Shown one piece after another: positions 1-8,468 of a stretch of 49,656 bases of DNA (position 1 is the first letter of the stretch; the number at the start of each line of letters is the position of its first letter). The translations under genes were made by a program, and so were the position numbers. Below the pieces are notes generated by a model. The model searched no databases. It saw only the letters and a list, made by a program, of their open reading frames with translations, and had not been told where the DNA came from. Source of the DNA: Acidobacteriaceae bacterium (GTDB lineage Bacteria > Acidobacteriota > Terriglobia > Terriglobales > Acidobacteriaceae); contig PLZN01000357.1 of the NCBI GenBank assembly GCA_003152195.1, forward strand, positions 37,457 through 87,112. Reading direction: 5' to 3'.

Positions 1-212
1 ACTCGAACCCGAAGATCGTGGTGAACGGATCAGGCACGCCGACCATGCAGCTCGGGCCCACGAACATCTCGACGGGCACGGGCGCGCCGACATCGACCTG
101 TGGTACGGCACCGATCGGCAGCGGATCGCTGTGGCTAAGGACGGATGGCGGGGCGAGCACCTCTCTCTACTCCTGCGCGGGCACGACGTGGACGGCGGTG
201 ACCATCCCATGA
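1..212 (+). CDS. C-terminal end of an upstream protein (fibre-like / beta-rich), partial
   Basis: Frame 3 is open from the window edge with no stop before 210-212. It ends ...LWLRTDGGASTSLYSCAGTTWTAVTIP. Its stop overlaps the next start (ATGA at 209-212), so it is translationally coupled to the following genes. Confidence 0.4.
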   Translation, partial: SNPKIVVNGSGTPTMQLGPTNISTGTGAPTSTCGTAPIGSGSLWLRTDGGASTSLYSCAGTTWTAVTIP

Positions 213-823
213 GGACGCTCAAAGCCGCGATTCTCATACCGCTTCTCTTGGCGCTGCCGGCATACGCCGTCACCCTGACGAGCGCCTACGTGAGCAACCC
301 GGGGCCGGTGAGTGCCATGAACACCGGCGGCGCGCTCCAGGTCTATGCCTATTGCAAATACTCGGATGGCTCCACGACCAACTGCTCCACCACAGACATC
401 CATGGCAATAGGGTCACGGCCTGGACAAGCAGCAACTCCGCCGTGCTTACGGTTAACGGCTCGGGTCTCGCCAGCGGCATCAGCATCGGCAACGCCACCA
501 TCAATGCGACGATTACCGGAGGCGTCGTGGCCACCCCGCCGTTTGTGGTCACGGTTAGCGGGCCGAACACCCTGGGGCTCAGCTCACTGTCCCTGGCGAC
601 AACCGGTGGTGTTAGCTCGATACCCGCCGGGACGACCAACCAGCTCATCGCGACCTGCACGTACTCGGATGGCTCGACCACCAACTGCACCACAACCGAC
701 ATTCATGGGAGCGCGGTGAGTTCTTTTAGCAGCTCGGCGCCAACGGTGGCTACCGTGAGCTCGAGCGGCCTGGTCAGCGGCGTGGGCGCAGGGTCAACGA
801 CATTCAGGGCGACAATCCCATGA
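209..823 (+). CDS. Secreted protein: signal peptide plus two Big_2-type Ig-like domains
   Basis: The internal ATG at 209 gives MRTLKAAILIPLLLALPAYA|VTL, a classic signal peptide; the 131 start in the ORF track is unlikely. Two repeats carry the C-x-YSDGSTTNC-x-TTDIHG ... V-x-GxxxGxxTIxA pattern typical of bacterial Ig-like group 2 domains. ATGA overlaps occur at both ends. Confidence 0.7.
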   Translation: MRTLKAAILIPLLLALPAYAVTLTSAYVSNPGPVSAMNTGGALQVYAYCKYSDGSTTNCSTTDIHGNRVTAWTSSNSAVLTVNGSGLASGISIGNATINATITGGVVATPPFVVTVSGPNTLGLSSLSLATTGGVSSIPAGTTNQLIATCTYSDGSTTNCTTTDIHGSAVSSFSSSAPTVATVSSSGLVSGVGAGSTTFRATIP

Positions 824-2931
824 GGAACGTGAGCAGGATTATTGTTCTGCCGCTCTTTTGGTTCACGGCATTGGCGTATGGGCAGGTGACTGCCACTCCT
901 GTCTTCACGCTGCCGACCGGCACGTACACCATGCCGACGAGCAGCACAATCACGGATGCGACGGCGGGAGCCTCCATTCTCTGGTGCTTTACAGGGAGCG
1001 GCACATGCACCCCGGCCACAAGTTATACGGGCTCCATTTATATTGACCCCTCATCGGTGGATATCTTGTGCGCGAACGCGACTGCTTCCGGGTTCTCGCA
1101 GAGCCCGGCCACCTGCGCTACGTACACGGCGGCGAGCCCGACCGGGGCCGCTCCCCCGACCTTCTCGCCGGTTGCCGGCTCCTACTCGGGAACGAGGTCG
1201 GTCACGCTCTCCACCAGCACGGCGGGAGCGAATATCTATTACACGACGGACGGATCGACGCCGGATTACACCAGCACTCTTTACACCGGCCCGATCCTGG
1301 TCTCGGCAACGACCACGCTCCATGCGATTGCGGGAGTCATTGGTACGTGCACGGGCGGTACGGCCGGCGGGTCTCATGCTTGCCAATCGCTGAGTGAGCA
1401 GGTATCGCAGACCGGATGGAAAAAGGCTGACTGCCAGAGTCCGGGCAACTCAACATGCACCAGCGACAATCCGGGAGGTGCTGGGGTGCCTAAGGCAAAC
1501 TCCAGCCCCGGAGGCACCATTCTCCATTCGGGATGCTTGAGCAATGGCGGTGCGGGTCCATGCATGAATTTCACGCAGACGCCGCAAGCCAATCAACAAA
1601 CCAACGTCCTCTGGCCGCACAACGGCACGGGGGCTTGCGATAAATGCACATGGCTGGTGGAGAACGCAATGGTTCTGTACGGCCCCGACTCGGCAAACAC
1701 CTCGGCACACGAGAACGACCTATTTAACTTCGATTCGAGCGACGACATCAACTTCCAATTCGGGATGCAGTGCACGAAATGCACGAGCTCCTCTGCAGTG
1801 TGGGATATCGGCGGAACGACCAACGTGCCGTGGACGGCCACCGGCGTCACGCAGGAGTTTGCCGCGAACGAATGGCACCACATCATCAAAGAGGACCATT
1901 GGGTTACTTCGGAACTTACTTCGAAACCGTGCAGTGGTTTCCCTTGCCTTTATTGGACAAAACTTATTCTCGATGGTGTTCCCCATAACTTGCAGGCGGC
2001 GGGCGCTTGCGGTCAGACTTCGTCCTCGCCTTATAAAAACGGCTGCACCTTCAAGGCGGACACGCTGGAGACTGGCTTTGGTTCCCTGGTAGCCAATCAG
2101 TTCCAGATCGACGGAGGGCCCGTGAGCTCGCCGGTGTCACTCAACGATACTTTGGATGAGGCGACCTTCACGGCTTTCTACGATCCTTCCGCGGTGGCGA
2201 GCGCCGCCTACACGATCGGTAACCTTACGGCCAGCGTGCCCCTCACGGTGACGACAGCTACCCCTACACTGGTGAGCGCCTATCTCACTACGCCGGGCAG
2301 CGTAAACACCATGACGGCCGGCGGTACGCTGCAATTCTCGGCCTTCTGCCACTACTCGAGCGGGCCCGATCTGAACTGCACGATGGCCGACACTTACGGG
2401 GATGCGGTGACCGTGTGGTCGAGCTCGAACACCGCCCTGGCGACCATCGGCGCGGTGGGGTCGGCCAGCCCCGGCCTGGTGACAGCGGTGGCGGCCGGAG
2501 CGCTCACTATCCAGGCGACCATTGGCAGCGCGGTCACGCCGGCTTTTGGGCTGACTATCTCGAGCCCTACTGTAACTCTGGCGGGGTTGTATCTCGCGAC
2601 CACCGGCGGCGTAACCGGATTGTTTGTAGGCTCGACCACGAACCTTATCGCGACCTGTACTTACTCTGACGGATCGAACACAAACTGCACGTCTACCGAT
2701 AGCCATGGAAATGTGGCGTCTTCTTATGCCAGCTCGAGTACGGGCCACGCGACGGTCAACGCGACCACCGGCCTGGTTACAGGCGTCGCCGCCGGCACTA
2801 CCAACCTGACGGCCCACGCCGGCAGCTTTACCAGCCCTAACCTCGGCCTCATGGTCGTGGGCGTGCCTTCTGGGGTCTACTCGATCACGATTATCGGCCC
2901 AGTGCAATTTTCGGGGACGGTGAAGTTCTGA
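820..2931 (+). CDS. Secreted multidomain protein: signal peptide, CHB_HEX_C/Fn3-associated-like domain, Cys-rich central domain, two C-terminal Big_2 domains
   Basis: Signal peptide MRNVSRIIVLPLFWFTALAYG|QV. The segment PTFSPVAGSYSGTRSVTLSTSTAGANIYYTTDGSTPDYTSTLYTGPILVSATTTLHAIA matches the chitobiase/hexosaminidase C-terminal-like motif. The last ~200 aa are two Big_2 repeats paralogous to ORF 209-823. Confidence 0.75.
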   Translation: MRNVSRIIVLPLFWFTALAYGQVTATPVFTLPTGTYTMPTSSTITDATAGASILWCFTGSGTCTPATSYTGSIYIDPSSVDILCANATASGFSQSPATCATYTAASPTGAAPPTFSPVAGSYSGTRSVTLSTSTAGANIYYTTDGSTPDYTSTLYTGPILVSATTTLHAIAGVIGTCTGGTAGGSHACQSLSEQVSQTGWKKADCQSPGNSTCTSDNPGGAGVPKANSSPGGTILHSGCLSNGGAGPCMNFTQTPQANQQTNVLWPHNGTGACDKCTWLVENAMVLYGPDSANTSAHENDLFNFDSSDDINFQFGMQCTKCTSSSAVWDIGGTTNVPWTATGVTQEFAANEWHHIIKEDHWVTSELTSKPCSGFPCLYWTKLILDGVPHNLQAAGACGQTSSSPYKNGCTFKADTLETGFGSLVANQFQIDGGPVSSPVSLNDTLDEATFTAFYDPSAVASAAYTIGNLTASVPLTVTTATPTLVSAYLTTPGSVNTMTAGGTLQFSAFCHYSSGPDLNCTMADTYGDAVTVWSSSNTALATIGAVGSASPGLVTAVAAGALTIQATIGSAVTPAFGLTISSPTVTLAGLYLATTGGVTGLFVGSTTNLIATCTYSDGSNTNCTSTDSHGNVASSYASSSTGHATVNATTGLVTGVAAGTTNLTAHAGSFTSPNLGLMVVGVPSGVYSITIIGPVQFSGTVKF

Positions 2932-3302
2932 TGGCTACTTCTAAAGTGAAGCTGGTGACCGCGCGGACGATCGATACGCAAATCCTTGAGCAATTGGCGG
3001 AGGTGAAGTGCAAGGTGGACGAGAGCCTGGAACAGGGCCGCGAAAACGGCAACGAACTGAAGATGCTTCGCCGGGAGCTCGGGCTGGATGGGCAACATGG
3101 ACGCTTACCAATCGTGGAGGCGACGCTGATCCGCCACGAGGTGCGCATGGAAAAGGGCGAGGCGCGCATCGACAAGCTGGAAATCGGCAATAGCGAGGCG
3201 AACGGCAAGGCAAAGCTTGTCGCTACTTCCCTGGCGCTATTGGGGGGCGGAGCGGGCGGCGCACTGATTGCCCTGTTGGCCCACCTGCTTGGAGTGCATT
3301 AG
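2931..3302 (+). CDS. Coiled-coil protein with a single extreme C-terminal TM helix (tail-anchored); sits in the holin position
   Basis: 123 aa. The charged, heptad-like N-terminal ~95 aa are followed by LVATSLALLGGGAGGALIALLAHLLGVH at the C-terminus. The gene lies immediately upstream of the muramidase, and its start overlaps the previous stop by 1 nt. Confidence 0.5.
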   Translation: MATSKVKLVTARTIDTQILEQLAEVKCKVDESLEQGRENGNELKMLRRELGLDGQHGRLPIVEATLIRHEVRMEKGEARIDKLEIGNSEANGKAKLVATSLALLGGGAGGALIALLAHLLGVH

Positions 3303-3806
3303 ATGGCAAACGTGGAGGCGGCGATCGACTACGTGCTGAGCTGGGAAGACTCGACGCTCTCGGGCGTGATTACGACGGCTCCGGATGGCAAGCGGACCAG
3401 GTTCGGGATCGATGAGCACTGGCACCCGGAGCTGACCAATTGCCTCTATTTCAGCTCGATGGGCCAGGTGGCCGCGCTGCAGATTGCCAAAGGGATTTAC
3501 GATATCAGCTATTGCCAGCCGTTATGCATCGCGGAAATCGCAAGGCAGGAGATCGCCAACAAGCTGCTGTCGTTAGGGGTGAATGTGGGAGTGGTGAACG
3601 CAGCGAAGATGTTGCAGGATGCAGTGACTGTGGTGGGTGACGGCCGCATCGGGCCGCTGACGCTGCACGCGCTCGACCTGGCGGATCCACAGAAAGTGCT
3701 CGAGGATCTACGGGGAGAAGCGGAGAATTATTACGACGCGTTGACGGCAAAGAATCCGAACCTGGCCGTGTACCGGGCAGGCTGGCTACGGAGAGCTGCA
3801 GCGTGA
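3303..3806 (+). CDS. GH108-like N-acetylmuramidase with PG_binding_3-like C-terminal domain (COG3926 'secretion activator'/endolysin class)
   Basis: The N-terminus AIDYVLSWEDS...PDGKRTRFGI resembles the GH108 EGG...D.GG.T..GI block. The C-terminus DGRIGPLTLHALDL...YRAGWLRRAA resembles PG_binding_3. There is no signal peptide. Confidence 0.65.
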   Translation: MANVEAAIDYVLSWEDSTLSGVITTAPDGKRTRFGIDEHWHPELTNCLYFSSMGQVAALQIAKGIYDISYCQPLCIAEIARQEIANKLLSLGVNVGVVNAAKMLQDAVTVVGDGRIGPLTLHALDLADPQKVLEDLRGEAENYYDALTAKNPNLAVYRAGWLRRAAA

Positions 3807-6601
3807 GCGATCGCAACTACTGGTCTGCGTTAGACAGAGTAAGACGCGGTGGTGCGTGGGCGCTCTTCCTTCTGGCCGTCTTGACGTTGCCATTTTGCGG
3901 GCGCGTCCGGGCACAGAATATCGAAGGTCAAATCGTCGCCGCGCAGTTCGGCGAGTTCCAGGTGCCTGCGGTGGGCAACGGTTTCCAATTTCCGGCAGCG
4001 ACCTGCCAGGTGAGCGGAGGCGGCCGGAACTTCAATGCATTCGCTATGGGCGCTCCCATCAAGATCGTGGATAGCGATCCGAACCTGACCGAGATCGCAA
4101 ACCCAGCCGCAGTGTTTATCGACTCCTGCGCTGTTAGTCTGCCGACGGTACATAGCCATGAGTCGTTCTATCTTACGTCGGGAACCGGCGGCCTGCAGGA
4201 GGCGATTACTAACGGGATCAACCGCGGTGGCGGACCGAATACCATCATCCTGAATGCGGAATGGTACACGCTCGTCGCCCCATCGAGCCCGTCCGCGGTG
4301 ATCGCTTCGGTACACGGCAATACCGCTCTTGGCCTGGTGGACGTCATCACCACGCCATACACCTCTTATGCCTGGAACGGGACAAGTTATGCGGCCATTA
4401 GTGCTGGCGGTGGGGCGGCTACTCCGGCGACCACGGCGCTACTCAAAGGAAGTGGCAGCGCAAATGGAGTGGTGCCGGCCACGCCGGGCACGGACTTCAT
4501 CACTCCGAATCCAGGCGGTACGGGTCAGATCATCGCCGAGACCGGGGGCGCGGTCCTGGGGGTCACCAATCTGAACAATAACTTCTATGTTTCGGGTTTT
4601 CCCTTCAACGGCTGCACGGTCAACTCGATCACTTACACCACGCAGCTGGAGTGCGCCTGGTGGACGGCCAAAGCTTACGCCGAGGCCAACACTGCAATGG
4701 TCACGCTCTATATGGGGTACGGGTATTACAACATCAACGCCTCGCTGGTGCTGCCTACTCAGTCATTCACGAGCGTCAGCCTGATCGGCGCGGGCTACCA
4801 GGGATCGACGATCGTGGCCAACGCTACGATGGCCGACGCGATGATCTACAAGAACGAGACCGCTGGCGGCGGAACGCTGCCGAACGCCACTTTCCGCGAT
4901 TTCAAGATGATCGCGAATGACAAAGCGCAGGGCTGCTTGAGGCTCTGGGGGTTGCAGGAACCGGTGATCGAGAACGTGAATTGCGACAACGTTCCTAACG
5001 GCGCTCCGTTTCTCTACCAGTTTGGTGAGCCCAGCAATTATGGGCAAGGTTGGATTTTCCAGCTCATGGGGAAAAATATCATCGGCGGCAACTCAGTCAC
5101 CAACCCAGCCACCAAGGCCACGGTTACGGCCACCCTGAGCGGCGGCAGCACAGGCAACATCACTGGCTATGTGGTCGCGAACGGCGGTTCAGGGTACGGC
5201 ACGCCAAGCGCCGAGCAGGTGCTCTATGTAAACGTCCTGGGGAATCAAAACGGAACCAGCGATCAGCCCTGTGCGGTCATGCCGACCAACCTGGCCGCCA
5301 CCCAGAGCGGCGGAGTCATTCAGACAGTGACGGGGACCGGCGGTACGGGTTGCTCGGGAGTGATCACGGTGCAGGTTGTCCCAATATCCAACATCGCGGT
5401 GGGCATCGACGATTGGTCTTCGGACTCGACGCTGGACGATGCCGACGTGGGCTCGACGATCATCGGGGTCATTCAGCACAGCGGAGACACGACTTACAAG
5501 CACGCTCATCCCACGGGCACCAATATCGGCATGCAGAACGCCGGGGGCACGAACAACATCTACAAAGACACCGAGATCGATACGAACTACAAGTGGGGCT
5601 TCGATATGCAGGGCGGTGCGAATAGCTCGGAGATCGAAGGAACCCATGATTTCGGAGACGATCCGTCGGGGTTCAACATGTTCCACCTGTCGAGCACGGC
5701 CACGGTGCAGTTTGGGCCGCAGACTGATTTGTGCGTAGCCTCCCCCTCGCCGGTTGATTACCACGAATTTCTCATGCCCTATGGCACCTATGAAGTGGCG
5801 GGGTATCTGCCGGCGGGGTCGAGCATCGCGCCCAACGACTCCGTTTGCTCAAACCTGGGATCGATCTTCATGCAGCCGGTCACGATTGGTGGTCCTGGAC
5901 ATACCAGCCCGTTGCTGGTGAATGGCAACGCGGCCGTCACGGGCACTACAACGCTCGGACCTACATTTACCGGAGCATTGCAAACCAGTGGGACTCTCAA
6001 TGCTGGACCATCTGGAACGGCTACGGCCTTGGCGAACTTTGGTTCCAACGGTCTTGTCGCTTCCGATAGTTATTGGAATGGGTCCGCACCGACTAATACG
6101 ACTTTTGGTTGGAATGTCGCACCTGGTGGCGGGAGCAATCCATTCACGTATGCGTACCTCGGATTTGGTAACTGCCCCAGCGGCGGGTGCCAGCTTCAAA
6201 TTCAGCCTAACGTTTACTTCGACGGCACGGTGCAGTTTTCATCGCCCACCCAGTTTCCAGGGTCTACCGCAATTGACGCGAATGGCCTGGTCGGCGCACC
6301 GTCCTATGCAGTTACGGGCACAACCTTTACTACCAGTGGCTGCGGAACGGTGACTAACCGTCTCGGCGGCGCAACCGCTGGGTCGTTTCATTCGGGGACG
6401 AGCGGAACATGTACGGTCGTCGTGACCATGAGCGACTCGGTCACCGCAACTAACGGCTTCGCTTGTGGCCGGCCGAATGACCTGACCACTAATAGCGATT
6501 CGAGCAGTTGGAGTCAGACGGCTACCAGCACTACTACGGTCACCCTGTCAGGCACTTCGGTTGCCGGCGACGTCATTAACTTCGCCTGTACGCCGTACTA
6601 A
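3803..6601 (+). CDS. Large secreted beta-rich protein (tailspike/depolymerase-like), paralogue A
   Basis: GTG start overlapping the muramidase stop (GTGA). Signal peptide ...GAWALFLLAVLTLPFCGRVRA|QN. The N-terminal ~190 aa are paralogous to ORF 8469-11132. The remainder is Gly/Thr/Asn-rich and beta-type. The C-terminus is a Cys-containing ~100-aa module. Confidence 0.75.
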   Translation: MSDRNYWSALDRVRRGGAWALFLLAVLTLPFCGRVRAQNIEGQIVAAQFGEFQVPAVGNGFQFPAATCQVSGGGRNFNAFAMGAPIKIVDSDPNLTEIANPAAVFIDSCAVSLPTVHSHESFYLTSGTGGLQEAITNGINRGGGPNTIILNAEWYTLVAPSSPSAVIASVHGNTALGLVDVITTPYTSYAWNGTSYAAISAGGGAATPATTALLKGSGSANGVVPATPGTDFITPNPGGTGQIIAETGGAVLGVTNLNNNFYVSGFPFNGCTVNSITYTTQLECAWWTAKAYAEANTAMVTLYMGYGYYNINASLVLPTQSFTSVSLIGAGYQGSTIVANATMADAMIYKNETAGGGTLPNATFRDFKMIANDKAQGCLRLWGLQEPVIENVNCDNVPNGAPFLYQFGEPSNYGQGWIFQLMGKNIIGGNSVTNPATKATVTATLSGGSTGNITGYVVANGGSGYGTPSAEQVLYVNVLGNQNGTSDQPCAVMPTNLAATQSGGVIQTVTGTGGTGCSGVITVQVVPISNIAVGIDDWSSDSTLDDADVGSTIIGVIQHSGDTTYKHAHPTGTNIGMQNAGGTNNIYKDTEIDTNYKWGFDMQGGANSSEIEGTHDFGDDPSGFNMFHLSSTATVQFGPQTDLCVASPSPVDYHEFLMPYGTYEVAGYLPAGSSIAPNDSVCSNLGSIFMQPVTIGGPGHTSPLLVNGNAAVTGTTTLGPTFTGALQTSGTLNAGPSGTATALANFGSNGLVASDSYWNGSAPTNTTFGWNVAPGGGSNPFTYAYLGFGNCPSGGCQLQIQPNVYFDGTVQFSSPTQFPGSTAIDANGLVGAPSYAVTGTTFTTSGCGTVTNRLGGATAGSFHSGTSGTCTVVVTMSDSVTATNGFACGRPNDLTTNSDSSSWSQTATSTTTVTLSGTSVAGDVINFACTPY

Positions 6602-6620
6602 ACGAGAGGAGGAGGGTATT

Positions 6621-6851
6621 ATGAACAATCTCAAGGCATGGGTTCACGGCTTGGCTGCGGCTGCTATCTCAGCTTTTGCCTCGGCGGCTAGCGGCGCCAT
6701 CGCACTGCCTAGCGTGTTTACATTCGACAAGGTGGGGCTTTTCAATATGGTCAAGCTGGCTGCTGTGCCGGCGTTGCTGGCAGTATTTGCTTATCTGAAA
6801 AGTAGCCCGGTGCCGGCGTTGACCGATACGACGATGGTTAGGGGTCAATAA
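6621..6851 (+). CDS. Small two-TM membrane protein (class II holin-like)
   Basis: ATG at 6621 is preceded by the strong SD gaggaggagg. It encodes 76 aa with two hydrophobic helices (GLAAAAISAFASAASGAIAL and MVKLAAVPALLAVFAYL) and a short polar tail. Confidence 0.5.
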   Translation: MNNLKAWVHGLAAAAISAFASAASGAIALPSVFTFDKVGLFNMVKLAAVPALLAVFAYLKSSPVPALTDTTMVRGQ

Positions 6852-6915
6852 AGAGTGGCGCTTCCGTACTGAAAGCTTCGAAAATTGATCTAAGTCTTTC
6901 CACGCGGGTGTGAGA

Positions 6916-7155
6916 TTCCCATATCTCGCTGGTTTTTGGCGAAATGTGAGCTCCCACGACCGCCATTTTACAACCTCCAACGACCCACATTAAGGTCTGC
7001 GTCTCCCACATCTCGCCAAAAACGGGCGAGATACCCGGATTTCCTGTACGCGGCGCCACCCATGGTCGCTTATGCGGCTTTCTCTAAGGAAAGCCGCAAA
7101 AAGTTGGGTGCATCCCACGAAGCACCACAGGAAATCCGGGTGTATGGGACACCCT
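6916..7155. repeat. Composite palindromic repeat cluster: two REP-like hairpins in opposite orientation plus a ~107-nt structured element
   Basis: Hairpins at 6916-6950 (cccatatctcgc/gcgaaatgtgag) and 7003-7036 (cccacatctcgcc/ggcgagataccc). A long-range inverted repeat, cccggatttcctgt (7034-7047) with acaggaaatccggg (7127-7140), encloses the hairpin tgcggctttc-tctaa-ggaaagccgca (7073-7098). Confidence 0.75.
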
Positions 7156-7229
7156 TTGAGCCGCGGCAGGACGAGGGCCTCGGGTTCGATTTCTTTCTCT
7201 AGAACACACAACACATAAAGGAGAGTCCC

Positions 7230-7577
7230 ATGGCATTTACCTGGCAGTCGGCCGGGCACGCATTCGCGTCCCTGCTTAAAGATGTAGTCACTGTTTCAAA
7301 GAAGGTGGTCACGGTCCTGGGTGGTCTGCAGAATGAAGAACAGCTTATTGAGTCGCTGACTTCGCTGGTGAGCCCGCAGGCTGCGGCGGTGGAACAGATT
7401 GCTTTTGGCGCGCTGGGCGAGTTGGTTGCGGCCGTGCAAGCGACCGAGACGGCGGCAGGCGCCAACGGCGTCAATGTCGCCTTCGATGCTTCCGTCGTGG
7501 CCGAAGTGAAGAAGCTGGTCGCCGAGTTTCCTGAGGTTCTCGCCCAGGTCGAGGCGGCGTTCGGCAAAACCAAGTAA
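7230..7577 (+). CDS. Hypothetical phage protein
   Basis: ATG preceded by aaggagag. 115 aa, Ala/Val-rich and helical. No recognisable domain. Confidence 0.55.
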   Translation: MAFTWQSAGHAFASLLKDVVTVSKKVVTVLGGLQNEEQLIESLTSLVSPQAAAVEQIAFGALGELVAAVQATETAAGANGVNVAFDASVVAEVKKLVAEFPEVLAQVEAAFGKTK

Positions 7578-7608
7578 CTCATTCCAAATCCTAAATGGGG
7601 TGTACCCA

Positions 7609-7947
7609 ATGGCCCTCCGGCTCTCGTGCCTGATCCACGGCGTGATGCTGCTGCTTGTCTCAGGATGCTCCACGCATCGCCCCGTCGCGGCGCCCGTCCT
7701 CCCCGATGCTGGGGTTTCAGACGACAAAGAGTTTGTCTGGGCGGTCGCAGACAAGATGCCGATGTGGGATGCCGACGCTATCTCGAGGTACGAACAGAGG
7801 GAAATCGCCACGGTCAAGGCCGACATCGCGATGGCGGAGCAGGACGACGGGAAAAGCGTGTTCCTGGCCGACGTCACCAAGCTACATGACGATTGGGATG
7901 CGCTGGTCGCACTCGACGACATGCTAAAGAAGGAGTCGCTCCTATGA
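7609..7947 (+). CDS. Lipoprotein (lipobox LVSGC) with acidic coiled C-terminal part
   Basis: MALRLSCLIHGVMLLLVSG|CSTHRP fits a signal peptidase II lipobox. The ATG at 7609 is preferred over the GTG at 7600. Confidence 0.55.
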   Translation: MALRLSCLIHGVMLLLVSGCSTHRPVAAPVLPDAGVSDDKEFVWAVADKMPMWDADAISRYEQREIATVKADIAMAEQDDGKSVFLADVTKLHDDWDALVALDDMLKKESLL

Positions 7948-8087
7948 GCAGCAAACACTGGATCGAACGGGCGATCACGAAACCCGGAGCGTTCAAGACG
8001 CCGGCCCAACCAGCCGGCGAGAGCAAGACGGGCAAGCGAGCGAGACTGGCCGAGCTGCTGATGAAGATACGGAAAGAGAAAGGCTAA
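7944..8087 (+). CDS. Small basic hypothetical protein (47 aa)
   Basis: ATGA overlap with the previous stop, SD aaggag at 7929-7934, product MSSKHWIERAITKPGAFK... Confidence 0.4.
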   Translation: MSSKHWIERAITKPGAFKTPAQPAGESKTGKRARLAELLMKIRKEKG

Positions 8088-8089
8088 CC

Positions 8090-8455
8090 ATGGCCCACAC
8101 ACGATCGATTACGCTCAACGGCAGCGCCGGCGCGTTTGTCGCCGTCTCCGCAACCCAAGTGACGCGACGGGTCGAGGTCATCGAAGACGGCAGCGCGAAT
8201 GGCGGGACCGGCCAGGGCATCGCGTACCAGTTCAACGATGGCTCAGCCACGCCGTTCACCACTACCTACACCATTGAGCCACAGTCCGAGCCGATCGTGC
8301 TCGGCACGCCGGTTCCTCAAGGCGGAGGATATGGGATGGTGCTCGGCACACCGCCAGATAACTCGGGAGGGTATACGATCGCAGCGACGCTGCTTATCAA
8401 CCTAAGGTCGGCAAGCACGAACACAACCATCGTCCGCGTGACGGAATTTGACTAG
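8090..8455 (+). CDS. Hypothetical phage protein (beta-rich, 121 aa)
   Basis: ATG lies 2 nt after the previous stop, and coding-type composition runs throughout. No recognisable domain. Confidence 0.55.
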   Translation: MAHTRSITLNGSAGAFVAVSATQVTRRVEVIEDGSANGGTGQGIAYQFNDGSATPFTTTYTIEPQSEPIVLGTPVPQGGGYGMVLGTPPDNSGGYTIAATLLINLRSASTNTTIVRVTEFD

Positions 8456-8468
8456 GCAGTCACGACTT

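Noticed and set aside
131-823. Longer upstream starts offered by the ORF track: 131 for the Big_2 protein, 8448 for the beta-helix protein, 24345, 25495, 25659, 17804, 36621, 49181 and 34958.
   Set aside because: The upstream extensions overlap the preceding gene, or they read through repeats with Arg/Gly-rich junk. Internal starts give clean signal peptides, SD sequences or ATGA coupling. For SRAP, the internal start gives the required Cys2.
6838-7259. Short ORFs spanning the repeat clusters: 6838-7059, 6936-7202, 6990-7259, 14549-14824, 45843-46190, and the 11594 start of ORF 11594-12112.
   Set aside because: Their 'peptides' (…EMWET…, …PHIS…, …AAFSKESRKK…, …MRLSLMKAARA…) are translations of the palindromic repeat families. 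They recur in different frames and orientations, so these are repeats and not genes.
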